64,000 nucleotides of DNA from a virus. Below, piece after piece: positions 44,104 to 54,636 of this stretch. The position numbers were made by a program, and so were the translations under genes. The stretch is from IMG/VR virus record IMGVR_UViG_3300027777_000034, positions 1-64,000 of that record. One strand, given 5' to 3'. How positions within the stretch are numbered: position 1 is the stretch's first letter; each line of letters starts with the position of its first letter. The notes beneath the pieces are model-generated. The model saw only the letters and a list, made by a program, of their open reading frames with translations, did no database searches and was not told where the DNA came from.

Positions 44104-46395
44104 ATGTCTATTAAAGAATTGCAAAAATATACTGCTGTTTCTAAGTATGCTAGATGGATTGAATCTGAAAAAAGAAGAGAAACTTGGGATGAAACTGTAG
44201 AAAGAATCAAAAGTATGATGATAGAAGTTCATCCTTCTTTGCGTGAAGATATTGAAAAATATTATGGAATGATTAAAGATCAAAAAATATTAGGTTCACA
44301 AAGAGCTTTACAATTTGGTGGAAAACCAATTCTAAAACATAATGCAAGAATATTTAATTGTTCTGCAAGTTATTGCGACAGATTGCGGTTTTTTCAAGAG
44401 TGTTTTTATTTATTACTTTGTGGATCTGGAACTGGGTTTAGTGTACAAAAACATCATGTTGAATTATTACCAAAATTTTCATCAGCTAGATTAAATTCAG
44501 AAACATGTTGTTATGAACATCATATTTATAGAGTTGAAGATTCAATTGAAGGTTGGTCAAATGCTTTAGGTGTTCTTCTTTCTTCATATTTTGAAACTCC
44601 TATAAAAGAATTTAAAAGATATAAAGATGTTGCAGTTGGATTTAGCTATGAGGATATAAGGGAAAAAGGTGCTCCTTTAAGTTGTGGCATAGGTAATGCC
44701 CCAGGTTATCAACCATTAGAAAAAGCTTTAGAAAAAACTAGGGAATTGCTGGATAGATGTATTGCAAATGGGCAAACAGAATTAAGAACAATAGATGCAT
44801 TTGATATAGTTATGTTTGCTGCTGATGCAGTTATTTCTGGCGGTGTTCGTAGATCTGCAACCATAGCCTTATTCTCTGCTGATGACGAATTAATGATTAA
44901 TGCAAAAACTGGCGATTGGTACTTTACTAATCCACAAAGAGCTAGGGCAAATATCTCTGCATTACTTCATAGAAAACACACCAACAAAAAAGTCTTTGAA
45001 AATCTCTTTAAGGCAACAAAAGAGTTTGGAGAGCCAGGATTTTTCTTTGCTGATTTTTACGATGTCTTATGCAATCCATGTTGTGAAATATCATGGATAA
45101 CTAGGTATTTCTACAAGAAGGGTAGTCCAGAACTGGCTGAAGCTTTGTCATTATATGAAGGACCAATAACAACAAAAGAGTCATGCAAAGATGACATGCC
45201 AGAAGATGAGGTCGGTCTTTCTGGTTGGGGATTCTGTAATTTATCAACAATTAACGGAAAAACAGTTAAATCAGAACAAGACTTTTATGAAAGATGTGCT
45301 GCTGCTGCCTTTATTGGTACATTACAAGCATCTTTTACCAATTTTCCATACTTGGGTCATGTTACAGAACTTATTACTCGTAAAGAGGCATTATTGGGCG
45401 TTTCAATTAATGGTATGCAACATCATCCTAAAATACTATTAGACCCAATGATTCAACAAAATGGGGCAAAAATAGTTAAAGACACAAACAAAAAGTACGC
45501 AGAAATATTAAACATAAGTCCTGCTGCAAGAACGACTTGTGTAAAACCAGAGGGCAATTCTGCTGCTTTGTTAGGGTCTGCTTCTGGCATTCATCCAGAT
45601 CATTCTAAAAGGTATTTTCGTATTGTTCAAGCTAATCAAATGGAATCTCCATATCAGCACTTTAAAAGCATTAATCCTCAAGCATGTGAAGAGTCAGTAT
45701 GGTCATCAAATAAAACAGATGATTGCATACGATTTTGTGTGCAAAGTCAATATGGAACAGTACTTAAGGAAAGCATAGATGCTATATCTATGCTTGATGA
45801 TGTTTTATCAACCTATAAAAATTGGGTTGTTGCTGGAAAAAATGAACATCTTTGTGTTAGAAAAGAGTTAAATCACAATGTATCTAATACAATACATGTA
45901 AAAGATAATGAATGGGATAAGGTAAAAGAATACATTTTTAATCATCGTGCAGAACTTGCTGGAATATCTCTTATAGCTTCAACTGGCGATAAAGATTATA
46001 ACCAAGCTCCATTCACAGCAGTTTATTCAATTGAAGAACAAATAACAAATTGGGGTTTTGAAGCTACATCTAAAGCTTATGAAATTTATCCAAAATTTTC
46101 TGAATATAATTTTAATTCTTTGTGGGATGCATGTTCATGTGTTCTTGGTTATTTTGAACCAAAAGACGATAAACAACAATCTTGGAAAATTACGATAAAA
46201 AAATATGCAGATGAACATTTTTCTTCTGATATTAAATATGCTACTTATGCACTTAAAGATGCTTACAATTTAGATTTATGGAATAAGTTAATAAACAATT
46301 ATTCTGATGTAAACTATTTAAATGCTGTTGAAAATAATTCTACAATAGACATTCAAGGAGAACTTGCTTGTGCTGGTGGAGCTTGTTTAATATAA
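44104..46395 (+). CDS. nrdJ: class II (B12-dependent, monomeric) ribonucleotide reductase
   Basis: FNC, GGVRRSA, NPCCEI, FCNL, TCVKPEG, C-terminal CAGGAC. Confidence 0.9.
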   Translation: MSIKELQKYTAVSKYARWIESEKRRETWDETVERIKSMMIEVHPSLREDIEKYYGMIKDQKILGSQRALQFGGKPILKHNARIFNCSASYCDRLRFFQECFYLLLCGSGTGFSVQKHHVELLPKFSSARLNSETCCYEHHIYRVEDSIEGWSNALGVLLSSYFETPIKEFKRYKDVAVGFSYEDIREKGAPLSCGIGNAPGYQPLEKALEKTRELLDRCIANGQTELRTIDAFDIVMFAADAVISGGVRRSATIALFSADDELMINAKTGDWYFTNPQRARANISALLHRKHTNKKVFENLFKATKEFGEPGFFFADFYDVLCNPCCEISWITRYFYKKGSPELAEALSLYEGPITTKESCKDDMPEDEVGLSGWGFCNLSTINGKTVKSEQDFYERCAAAAFIGTLQASFTNFPYLGHVTELITRKEALLGVSINGMQHHPKILLDPMIQQNGAKIVKDTNKKYAEILNISPAARTTCVKPEGNSAALLGSASGIHPDHSKRYFRIVQANQMESPYQHFKSINPQACEESVWSSNKTDDCIRFCVQSQYGTVLKESIDAISMLDDVLSTYKNWVVAGKNEHLCVRKELNHNVSNTIHVKDNEWDKVKEYIFNHRAELAGISLIASTGDKDYNQAPFTAVYSIEEQITNWGFEATSKAYEIYPKFSEYNFNSLWDACSCVLGYFEPKDDKQQSWKITIKKYADEHFSSDIKYATYALKDAYNLDLWNKLINNYSDVNYLNAVENNSTIDIQGELACAGGACLI

Positions 46396-46452
46396 TGTCA
46401 AAAAGAATTACAAAAATTTTAAAAACTAAAAAAACAAGATTGGTGAAAAAAA

Positions 46453-47316
46453 ATGCCCAAAAAAGGAAAAGTAAAAGGCATAGGTTCCCCTTTTAATCTT
46501 AACTTTTCAAGTTGTTCAAATAATAAACCAAAGTTTTTTGATTGGTCTAATGAAGATTCCGATTTTTCTGTTCTTATGGATTATTCAATTCTTGATTGTT
46601 ATAAATATCCAAAGATTAAAAATATTCCTAAATTTGGATGGTTATGTGAATCAATAACAATATTTCAAAATTTGTATGACAAAATAAAATACGATTATAA
46701 AAAAATATTTAATGACATAGATTACATATTTACTTCTGATGAATACTTACTTTCTTTAGATTCAAGATTTAAGTTTTGTTATTCATGCAGCAATATTCCT
46801 TGGTCAAAAAAAGAAAATTGGAACATTTATAAAAAAACAAAAAAATGTTCAATGATATGTTCAAATAAATTAAGTTGCAATCTTCATCTTCTTAGACAAA
46901 ATATTGCAAAAAATAATATTGAAAAATTTGATTTATTTGGAGGTTTTTTAAATTCTCCTTACACTGGTGAAAAATTTAATGATTTTTATAATAAAGATAA
47001 TGCTTTAAAAGATTACATGTTTACAGTTGTTATTCAAAACAATGATCAACCTTATTTTTTTGCTGAAATGTTAACAGATTGTTTTTCATTTGGAACAATA
47101 CCTATTTATTTAGGTAATCCTAAAATAGACTTGTTTTTTGATTTAAATGGAATAATATCTATAAGTTCAAAAGAAGATCTTGATAAGATTGTTCTTAGCG
47201 AAGAATTATATTTGTCTAAGCTTGATAGTATAAAAAATAATCTTGAAAAATTGTATACTATGGAAATGAGCGATGATTATCTTTATCAACAATGTTTAAA
47301 TCTTATGGAGGTTTAA
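46453..47316 (+). CDS. GT10-like (fucosyltransferase-like) glycosyltransferase
   Basis: SMICSNK, KDYMFTVVIQN..YFFAE..DCF..GTIPIY.G. Confidence 0.7.
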   Translation: MPKKGKVKGIGSPFNLNFSSCSNNKPKFFDWSNEDSDFSVLMDYSILDCYKYPKIKNIPKFGWLCESITIFQNLYDKIKYDYKKIFNDIDYIFTSDEYLLSLDSRFKFCYSCSNIPWSKKENWNIYKKTKKCSMICSNKLSCNLHLLRQNIAKNNIEKFDLFGGFLNSPYTGEKFNDFYNKDNALKDYMFTVVIQNNDQPYFFAEMLTDCFSFGTIPIYLGNPKIDLFFDLNGIISISSKEDLDKIVLSEELYLSKLDSIKNNLEKLYTMEMSDDYLYQQCLNLMEV

Positions 47317-47317
47317 T

Positions 47318-47554
47318 ATGTCTTTATTTAATATTGGTGATATAGTTGCTTTAAAATCTGGTGGAATGCCAATGACAGTTGTGGCTTTTGGTGAAGAAAC
47401 AAAAGAGGTTTTAGTTGTTTATTTTGATTTAGATGCTAATGTTATGCGAGATGGTTTTCCAGCAGAGGCTTTAGAATTTACAGAAAACAGATGGAAAATG
47501 AAATATTGTGTTGATATAAACGAAGAAGATTATACAGATGATGAGGAATTTTAA
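47318..47554 (+). CDS. YodC/DUF2158 family protein
   Basis: FNIGDIVALKSGGMPMTV...F...AL. Confidence 0.8.
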   Translation: MSLFNIGDIVALKSGGMPMTVVAFGEETKEVLVVYFDLDANVMRDGFPAEALEFTENRWKMKYCVDINEEDYTDDEEF

Positions 47555-47916
47555 TGCCATACTATGAATTTTTATGTGAGTCATGCGAATACAATTTTGA
47601 AATTAAACTTTCTTTTTCTGAAAGTCATCCTAAAGATTGTCCAAAATGTAAAAAAGCAAAATTAAATCAAGTTTATGATGGAAATACTATTGTCTGCATG
47701 AAAGGTGGCGATACAATAGGCCAAGTAGGGGAAGCTAATTACAAAAAATCTGGTGGTAAAATTAAAGAACATATGGCCAAAAAACAAGAGTTGCAAGATT
47801 CAAAATTACCTTGGTGGAGATCTGGAAAAGTTAATGGATTAAGTAAAAAGGATAAACCTTTAAACTTATCTAAAATAAAAGATGTTAAAAATTACATAGA
47901 AACAGGAGAAGAATAA
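47554..47916 (+). CDS. FmdB-family Zn-ribbon protein
   Basis: MPYYEFLCESC...FE...CPKC. Confidence 0.8.
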   Translation: MPYYEFLCESCEYNFEIKLSFSESHPKDCPKCKKAKLNQVYDGNTIVCMKGGDTIGQVGEANYKKSGGKIKEHMAKKQELQDSKLPWWRSGKVNGLSKKDKPLNLSKIKDVKNYIETGEE

Positions 47917-48164
47917 TGGGATTAATTCCAAAGTCTGGAGAAGATTCACCACATACAGCTATAGTTAGAATAAATTGGGAAATTCTTCCAACAAATTCTG
48001 ACGGTTTATATGGATCAAATCAACCAGTTGATGTTGGTTTAATATTGTTTAGAGCAGATGGTTTGTCGTTTCAAGAGTCAAAAAATAAATTAGAGGCTTT
48101 TTTATCTAATGCTGTTAACGACAAAAATTTTGTGCATATTTGGAAAAGAGGACAGACAATATGA
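47916..48164 (+). CDS. hypothetical protein
   Basis: AGGAG SD. Confidence 0.6.
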   Translation: MGLIPKSGEDSPHTAIVRINWEILPTNSDGLYGSNQPVDVGLILFRADGLSFQESKNKLEAFLSNAVNDKNFVHIWKRGQTI

Positions 48165-48454
48165 AAATTGAAGATTATGGAAATCTTATTATAAGTTGTA
48201 GCAATTGTAATAAGCCACTTGTTGACTTATTTATAACCAATACGGATGCGGACATTTACTGGAAATGTGTTGCAGAATGTTGCTATTGTGGAGATAAAAG
48301 TTTTGTAAAAGATGTTAAAGGAATTTTTAGGTCAGGTGGATGCGTTACAATAGACAGAGAAAATCCAGATCATTTTACACAAGACACTCTTTTAACAGAC
48401 ATTGTTACTGAAGACAATAAAGTTATATTTAAAACTCAGAAAGGAAAAAAATAA
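48161..48454 (+). CDS. Zn-ribbon protein
   Basis: CSNC...CCYC. Confidence 0.65.
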   Translation: MKIEDYGNLIISCSNCNKPLVDLFITNTDADIYWKCVAECCYCGDKSFVKDVKGIFRSGGCVTIDRENPDHFTQDTLLTDIVTEDNKVIFKTQKGKK

Positions 48455-48774
48455 TGTTTTCTGTAATTGGATTTGATAAAAATGGAAAAGAATGTGATCA
48501 TGAAAATTTTTTGTCTCTTGCTAAAAAAAGCACTGATACAGATTTGAAGAGTGAAAAATTTTGGGTTAAAGTTTGTACTAACGGAATAGATTCTGGAAAA
48601 CTTTTTGATCCTTCTTCAAGTTTGTTAGAAGACCTAAAGCGTTTTGATAATCACACAGATAAACATAGGTACTCATACAAAAGCGTAAATAAAGAATGTT
48701 TTAACTTTTACATTTCTTATTTATCAACTAACAATTCTTCATTTTTAAAAAATGCTGAAAGGAATATATCATGA
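48454..48774 (+). CDS. hypothetical protein
   Basis: TAATG coupling. Confidence 0.65.
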   Translation: MFSVIGFDKNGKECDHENFLSLAKKSTDTDLKSEKFWVKVCTNGIDSGKLFDPSSSLLEDLKRFDNHTDKHRYSYKSVNKECFNFYISYLSTNNSSFLKNAERNIS

Positions 48775-49061
48775 CTAAAAAATTTAAAAATGCTTTTTTG
48801 AATGAAATTGAAATATATTTTATTGAGGGCAACTGTTCATCTATGTCTTTGAGTGATGTTGCAGAAAAACTCAACAGAGATGTTGAATTTATTAAAGATG
48901 TTTACGACAAGGCTAGAGTTAAAAAAGCTTTAACATTTCAAACAAAACTTGGAAGCGTAGCCATGACAGCAGCACAATCTAGCAAAGGTGATGATATTGT
49001 TAGATCAAATGAAAATCCTGCTTATATGAAAAAATTTAAAGATAGTATTCATAAAATATGA
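48771..49061 (+). CDS. HTH-containing protein
   Basis: MSLSDVAEKLNRDVEFI. Confidence 0.6.
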   Translation: MTKKFKNAFLNEIEIYFIEGNCSSMSLSDVAEKLNRDVEFIKDVYDKARVKKALTFQTKLGSVAMTAAQSSKGDDIVRSNENPAYMKKFKDSIHKI

Positions 49062-49513
49062 TTTGCAAAAAATATGACAAAGAATATTTTGAAGATAAAA
49101 CTTGTTGGGCAGTAGAATTGTCCAATGGTGAAACTATTTATCAAAATGATGGTTTTGATCAGGCTGTTGAGTTTTCTGCTTGGATTAGACTCAAAGAGTA
49201 CTTGCACGAAAACAATTTGAAAATAGAAAAAATGTATGTGAGATTTAGATCGAATATTTTTTATCCTTTAGAAGATTATTGTGAAGGATACTTTTTCTCT
49301 ATGGGCATCATTGGTATGATGTCTTCTACGGAAAATATAAATTTTTATATATTGGGTTCTATTAAGAAAGATGTTGTTAATATAAAAAAGATAAAAGTTC
49401 CAGAACTAATAATTTTTGATGAAGAAGAAAGAAACATTTCTGATTGTACTGAGCAACAAGTAATTTTAAATACGAAAGAAAATTATGGCAAAGGAAAGAT
49501 CTTTAAACAGTAA
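49058..49513 (+). CDS. hypothetical protein
   Basis: 151-aa ORF, ATGA overlap. Confidence 0.65.
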   Translation: MICKKYDKEYFEDKTCWAVELSNGETIYQNDGFDQAVEFSAWIRLKEYLHENNLKIEKMYVRFRSNIFYPLEDYCEGYFFSMGIIGMMSSTENINFYILGSIKKDVVNIKKIKVPELIIFDEEERNISDCTEQQVILNTKENYGKGKIFKQ

Positions 49514-49913
49514 ATATGAATCTAGGCATGGTGGTGGTTGGATAACTCCAGCACAATTTTTGGCTGAGTTAATGTGTGAGCGTTTTGCTAAACAAAATCG
49601 TCAAGATATACCTCCAAAATTTTGGGATAAACAACCTTGGAAAAAAGAGTTTTTTAAACAACTTTCTTTAGCAAATAAGCTTTTAGAAAAATATGATCCA
49701 GCATTAGTTTCTAAGGCATTAAGATCACAAGAAGGTAAAAAAATATTTTCTTTAGGTGCTCCTTGGCTAATAAAGCTTATAGAGTTTGAAGAATACAAAT
49801 TCAAGGAAGCAGATGAGAAAAAGGTTGAGCAAGTAGAATCTCTTCCAGTTAAAATGTCTTTTGTTTTAAAGAAGTCAACACTAAGTAAATTAAAGGATAT
49901 TGAAAATGAGTGA
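49485..49913 (+). CDS. hypothetical protein
   Basis: 142-aa ORF preceding recA. Confidence 0.65.
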   Translation: MAKERSLNSKYESRHGGGWITPAQFLAELMCERFAKQNRQDIPPKFWDKQPWKKEFFKQLSLANKLLEKYDPALVSKALRSQEGKKIFSLGAPWLIKLIEFEEYKFKEADEKKVEQVESLPVKMSFVLKKSTLSKLKDIENE

Positions 49914-51891
49914 TGAAGTAGAAAAAATAATTAAAGAAGTATCAAAACAATATGGTGCTGGTATTGCAATAAACGCAAGTGATTTACTAGATGAAGAAAA
50001 GCATGTGATACCACTTTCTCCATCTTTAAACCTTGGTTTACATGGCGGTATACCAGAAGGTTCTTGGGTTACATGTTCTGGTCACCCTAAAAGCGGAAAA
50101 GAACAACCTATTTCTGCTATTGTTTATACTCCAAATGGTCCTAAACCAATTGGTGAATTAATGTTAGCAGAGCATGTATGTACACATGATGGCAACTCAG
50201 CAGAAATTCTTGCTATCTATCCACAAGGGATTAAAGATGTTTATCGAATAAGTTTTTCTGATGGAACATTTGCAGAGTGTGGATTGGATCATCTTTGGTC
50301 AATTAAAACAAAAGACCACAAAGATTTTGTTGTTAGACAACTTAAAGATTTTATTAATGATATTTATTACAAATCTGGAAAAGTAGCAAAATATTCTATA
50401 CCAATTTCTACCCCTGCATTATTTAATGAAACAACCAAAGAAATTTCTCCATACATCATGGGTATTTTTCTTGGTGCTGGAATATTTGGAAAAAATTCAA
50501 CATATGTAACTCTTGAAAAAGATTTAGATATTATGAATGAAATGTCTGATAGCGATAAAAAATATATAGTTTATGATAATGAATCTAAAAAGATTTCTGC
50601 TAAAAATTCCAATCCTTTTATAAAGCTTGGGCTTTTTAATATTGCAAATAATCAAAAGTTTATTCCTCCAAAGTATTTGTTTGATGGCGTTTATAATCGA
50701 ACAAAACTAATAACTGGTATTTTAAAAGTCGCTGGATATTTAACCAAAGACAAAAGCTTAACTATTACAGTATCAAGTCAAAGGCTTGCAGAAGACATTG
50801 TTACATTGGTACAATCTTTGGGGGGCATAGGTAACTATTCTGTCCACAAGAACAAAGATTCAAAAAGATATGTTTGTATATTAAAACTTAATATTTTACA
50901 AAAAAGAAAAAACAAATTTGAAAGAAAAATAACATCTGTAAAAAAAGTAAGAAAAGAAGAGTGTGTTTGTATTACTATAAACACAAAAGATGGTTTATAT
51001 TTAACCAATAACTTTATAGTTACACATAATACATTAACCTCACTTTCTTTTGCTGCACAGTGTCAAAAACCTGAGAATGGTGGTAGGCATGTGTATTATC
51101 TGAACATTGAAGGTCGATTGAAGCCTATGAATCTAAAGGGCATAGCTGGCTTAAATTTAGACAAAATGACAATCTATAGGTCTACTCAAGATAAGATTCT
51201 TTCCGCAAAAGACTACCTAAATTTGGCGTTTAAAGCTATTAATACCCATCCAGGAAGTTTGATCATCATAGATAGTGTTTCTGCCCTATGTGATGAAAAA
51301 GAAATGGATGAAGGGATTGGCTATGAGAATAGAGGGGCTGGCAATAAGCTTTTTGCTGGTTTTTGTAGACAAGCAGCCAATATAGTGCCAGTACAAAATT
51401 GTATTGTTTGGGCGATTATGCACTTAACGCAATCTCAGGGCATGTATGGCGGTTATACAGAAAAAGGTTCTAGAACATTGCAATATCAAGCAGATGTTCA
51501 AATGAGAGTTAAATTTGATAAGGCTTGGAATGTTGGGATAGAAGGCAAAGAAAAACAAATTGGACAACAGGTTCATTGGTTAATTGAATCCTGTGCTTTA
51601 GGATCACCAGGAATGGAAATTGATAGCTATATTCGTTACGGCATTGGTATTGATAATACATATGAAGCCATAAATCTTGGTTGTCAACTTGGCCTTATAG
51701 CTAAAGCTGGTGCTTGGATGACACTTGATTTTATGCAAAGACATTTAAAATTGTTAGATTCAAAAGAATGGGATGATGCAACAATAAGAAAAGTAAAAAC
51801 TCAAGGTGCAGAAAAACTTTATAGGCTATTACTTGAAAATCCTTTATGGGTAAAAGTTCTTGAGCAAGAAATAAAAGGTCTTCTATCATGA
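49906..51891 (+). CDS. recA: RecA-like recombinase with intein
   Basis: GGIPEG, Walker A GHPKSGK|T split by intein, IIDSVSAL, AGAW. Confidence 0.88.
   Translation: MSDEVEKIIKEVSKQYGAGIAINASDLLDEEKHVIPLSPSLNLGLHGGIPEGSWVTCSGHPKSGKEQPISAIVYTPNGPKPIGELMLAEHVCTHDGNSAEILAIYPQGIKDVYRISFSDGTFAECGLDHLWSIKTKDHKDFVVRQLKDFINDIYYKSGKVAKYSIPISTPALFNETTKEISPYIMGIFLGAGIFGKNSTYVTLEKDLDIMNEMSDSDKKYIVYDNESKKISAKNSNPFIKLGLFNIANNQKFIPPKYLFDGVYNRTKLITGILKVAGYLTKDKSLTITVSSQRLAEDIVTLVQSLGGIGNYSVHKNKDSKRYVCILKLNILQKRKNKFERKITSVKKVRKEECVCITINTKDGLYLTNNFIVTHNTLTSLSFAAQCQKPENGGRHVYYLNIEGRLKPMNLKGIAGLNLDKMTIYRSTQDKILSAKDYLNLAFKAINTHPGSLIIIDSVSALCDEKEMDEGIGYENRGAGNKLFAGFCRQAANIVPVQNCIVWAIMHLTQSQGMYGGYTEKGSRTLQYQADVQMRVKFDKAWNVGIEGKEKQIGQQVHWLIESCALGSPGMEIDSYIRYGIGIDNTYEAINLGCQLGLIAKAGAWMTLDFMQRHLKLLDSKEWDDATIRKVKTQGAEKLYRLLLENPLWVKVLEQEIKGLLS
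50101..51030 (+). mobile_element. class 3 intein (310 aa) with degenerate LAGLIDADG endonuclease
   Basis: starts EQPISAIVYTPNG; HLW, VCITI, VTHN|T. Confidence 0.85.
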
Positions 51892-52292
51892 AAATAAAAG
51901 GTTTAGATGGAAGAATGCATTCTTGGTCATTCTATGGTCAAATGCCAGATATAAGCGATGAAAGAAAAAGATCTGAATTACACATAAGAACAAGAGCCTT
52001 GCTTAAATCTTTATATCCAGTAGATAGAATACTTGAAGAAGTTCATTTGCCTGGTTCTGGAAATTTGTACGCAGATTTTTGGTTGCCATTAAGAAATAAG
52101 ATGATAGAAGTTCATGGGGAACAACATTATAAATTTGTTCCTTTCTTTCATGGAACACAGCTAAACTTTTTAGCATCAAAGGCGAATGACAACAAGAAGA
52201 GAGAATGGTGTTTAATCAACGGAATAGTTCTTGTGGAGTTACCATTTAATGAATCAACCGAGCAGTGGCAGTCAAGAATTGAACTTGACTGA
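51888..52292 (+). CDS. Vsr/DUF559-like endonuclease
   Basis: EE...LYADFWL...IEVHGEQHY...D..KREWC. Confidence 0.75.
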   Translation: MKIKGLDGRMHSWSFYGQMPDISDERKRSELHIRTRALLKSLYPVDRILEEVHLPGSGNLYADFWLPLRNKMIEVHGEQHYKFVPFFHGTQLNFLASKANDNKKREWCLINGIVLVELPFNESTEQWQSRIELD

Positions 52293-52758
52293 AGAACAAA
52301 AGATTGATCTTGCTTTAGAAAAATACGAATTGACCATTGGGTTAACACCAATTCCTTCTGACAAAGAGTTTACATGCATAAAATACTTATACTTATCGCA
52401 GGATGATTTATCAAAAATGAGCAGTGAACAATGCTCAGAGTCATGTGTTTTACTTAATAGCTTTTCTTTTCATATAAGCAGAGTTATAAATAAAGAAAAA
52501 ACAAAATTAAGGTGGTGTAATGAAAAGATTTTAAGTGTTATAGCAAATAATCTTTCAGACTACAGATATTTTTCAGCAGAAGAAAGAATGGCTTTATGCA
52601 TAAAAGATAATGATTATGCAAAAAAAATAAAAAAACTTTCTACTTTAATACAAGCAAGAATAGATAGAATTGAATATTTGCCGATTAGACTTGAAAAAGT
52701 TGCTGAATCTTTGTTAAATTTAGCTTACTCAAAAAGGAGAAACAATGAATCTCGTTAA
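52231..52758 (+). CDS. hypothetical helical protein (start uncertain)
   Basis: 175-aa ORF. Confidence 0.6.
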   Translation: MWSYHLMNQPSSGSQELNLTEEQKIDLALEKYELTIGLTPIPSDKEFTCIKYLYLSQDDLSKMSSEQCSESCVLLNSFSFHISRVINKEKTKLRWCNEKILSVIANNLSDYRYFSAEERMALCIKDNDYAKKIKKLSTLIQARIDRIEYLPIRLEKVAESLLNLAYSKRRNNESR

Positions 52759-53173
52759 CATGTTGAAAACAGCAGTTGAAAATAAAGATTGGGCATTAGT
52801 GTCAAAAGCATTAGATATTTTAACTGGTGATGAAGAATTTATTGTTTTAACACATCAACCATCTACTCCAGCTAAACAAGTTAATTTTTCATCTAATAAA
52901 GCTTCTGTCAGTAGTAAGTCTTTAGTTCCACCAACAGCCAATAAGTTTGTTGATGATTTAACACTTGAATCGGGCTTTATAGAAAAGAGTCAAAAAGTTT
53001 CTAATAAAAGTTATAGACAACCATTTAAAGAAGGCGATCATTTTTGCGAAGTAAAATGCTCTAAGTGTGGATGCGGTATGAAGGTAACAAAAGAAGAACA
53101 CAAGTTTAGAACAATTGATTCTGAGTCAGCACCATTTACATGCATTAAGTGCATTAGAAATTCGAGTAGATAA
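52745..53173 (+). CDS. hypothetical protein with C-terminal Zn finger
   Basis: CSKC...CIKC; AAGGAG SD. Confidence 0.65.
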   Translation: MNLVNMLKTAVENKDWALVSKALDILTGDEEFIVLTHQPSTPAKQVNFSSNKASVSSKSLVPPTANKFVDDLTLESGFIEKSQKVSNKSYRQPFKEGDHFCEVKCSKCGCGMKVTKEEHKFRTIDSESAPFTCIKCIRNSSR

Positions 53174-54636
53174 TGAACGATGTTGCATCTGAAAGAGTTA
53201 TATTGGCTGCTCTTTTTCAAAAAGGCTATGATTGCTATATTGAAATTTGTGATATTGTTGATGAAAACAGTTTTAGTTCTGATGAAACATCTGCGATATA
53301 TAAATGCTTGGTAAAAATAGTAAATGAAAAAGATTCAAAAGCCGATATACCATCAATTATAGCTGTAGCAAATTCTTTAAAAATACAGCAATTTTTTCAA
53401 AAAGATGATCAGGCTAAGTATCTTAGGTCTTTAACATTATTGCCAGTTGAAATAGTTAATGCTAAAAAGGCAGCAGCAAAATTAAAAAAGATGCAAATTG
53501 CTAAGACTTTAGCATACAACTTATCTAATTGTGCAACTGAATTATTAGGCATGACAGGAGATGAGCCTATTTCACAAATAGTTTCTCTTGCAGAAGCAAC
53601 TGTATTAGATCAAACTTTTAAAATTTCAAATGCAGAAGACCCAAGCCCAAAAGAAATATCTGAAGGTTTAGATGATTATGTAAAATTTCTAGAAGATAAT
53701 CCAATATCTCAACTTGGTATTTCATCAGGGTTTAAAGTTTATGATAGGGCTATTGGGGGCGGTCTTAGGCCAGGAACAGTTAATTTAATTGGTGCAAGAA
53801 TGAAAACAGGCAAATCATTTTTTGCAGATAATGTTGCAATGAATGTTGCTAAACAAGGTATACCTGTTTTAATGTTTGACACTGAAATGACAGCGAAGGA
53901 TCATTGGCATAGATTATTGGCTTGTATTGGAAATATTAAAATTGAAGAAATTGAAAATGGTTCTTTTTCAAAAGATTCATCAAAAAAGAAAAGAGTTCAC
54001 GATGCTTCAAAAGCATTGAAAGATATGCCGTTTAAGTACAAGTCCATTGCTGGAAAAAGTTTTGATGAAGTTTTAAGTCTTGCTAGAAGGTGGGTTATAA
54101 AAGATGTTGGTTTAGATGATTTTGGTAAAGCAAAGCCATGTTTGATAGTTTTAGATTATATAAAATTGATGGATGATGGAACAATATCAAAAAATATTGC
54201 TGAATATCAAGCGTTGGGTTTTTTAATGACAAGCTTACACAATTTTATGGTTCAGTATGGTGTCGCTTGTTTAGCCTTTACTCAATTGAATAGAGATGGC
54301 ATAACAAGAGAAGATACAGATGTTGCATCAGGGTCCGATAGAATTTTGTGGTTGTGCAGCAATTTTTCAATATATAAGCGTAAAACGGAAGAGGAAATGG
54401 CAGATGAAAGCGTTTCTCAGAATAATGTTTCATATAATTTAAAACTAATACCAGTTGTTGCAAGACATGGTAAAGGGATTGATGCTGGTGATTACATAAA
54501 CATATCTGGAAATTATGAATATGGAAGAATAACAGAAGGACCAACTAGAAATGAATTTCATCAACTTAGATCAACAAGAATTAATAACGGTTTTCAAATA
54601 GAGGAATTACCAGATGAAATCTCAGCAACAAATTGA
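53173..54636 (+). CDS. dnaB: replicative DNA helicase
   Basis: GARMKTGKS, DTEM, LDYIKL, QLNR. Confidence 0.92.
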   Translation: MNDVASERVILAALFQKGYDCYIEICDIVDENSFSSDETSAIYKCLVKIVNEKDSKADIPSIIAVANSLKIQQFFQKDDQAKYLRSLTLLPVEIVNAKKAAAKLKKMQIAKTLAYNLSNCATELLGMTGDEPISQIVSLAEATVLDQTFKISNAEDPSPKEISEGLDDYVKFLEDNPISQLGISSGFKVYDRAIGGGLRPGTVNLIGARMKTGKSFFADNVAMNVAKQGIPVLMFDTEMTAKDHWHRLLACIGNIKIEEIENGSFSKDSSKKKRVHDASKALKDMPFKYKSIAGKSFDEVLSLARRWVIKDVGLDDFGKAKPCLIVLDYIKLMDDGTISKNIAEYQALGFLMTSLHNFMVQYGVACLAFTQLNRDGITREDTDVASGSDRILWLCSNFSIYKRKTEEEMADESVSQNNVSYNLKLIPVVARHGKGIDAGDYINISGNYEYGRITEGPTRNEFHQLRSTRINNGFQIEELPDEISATN

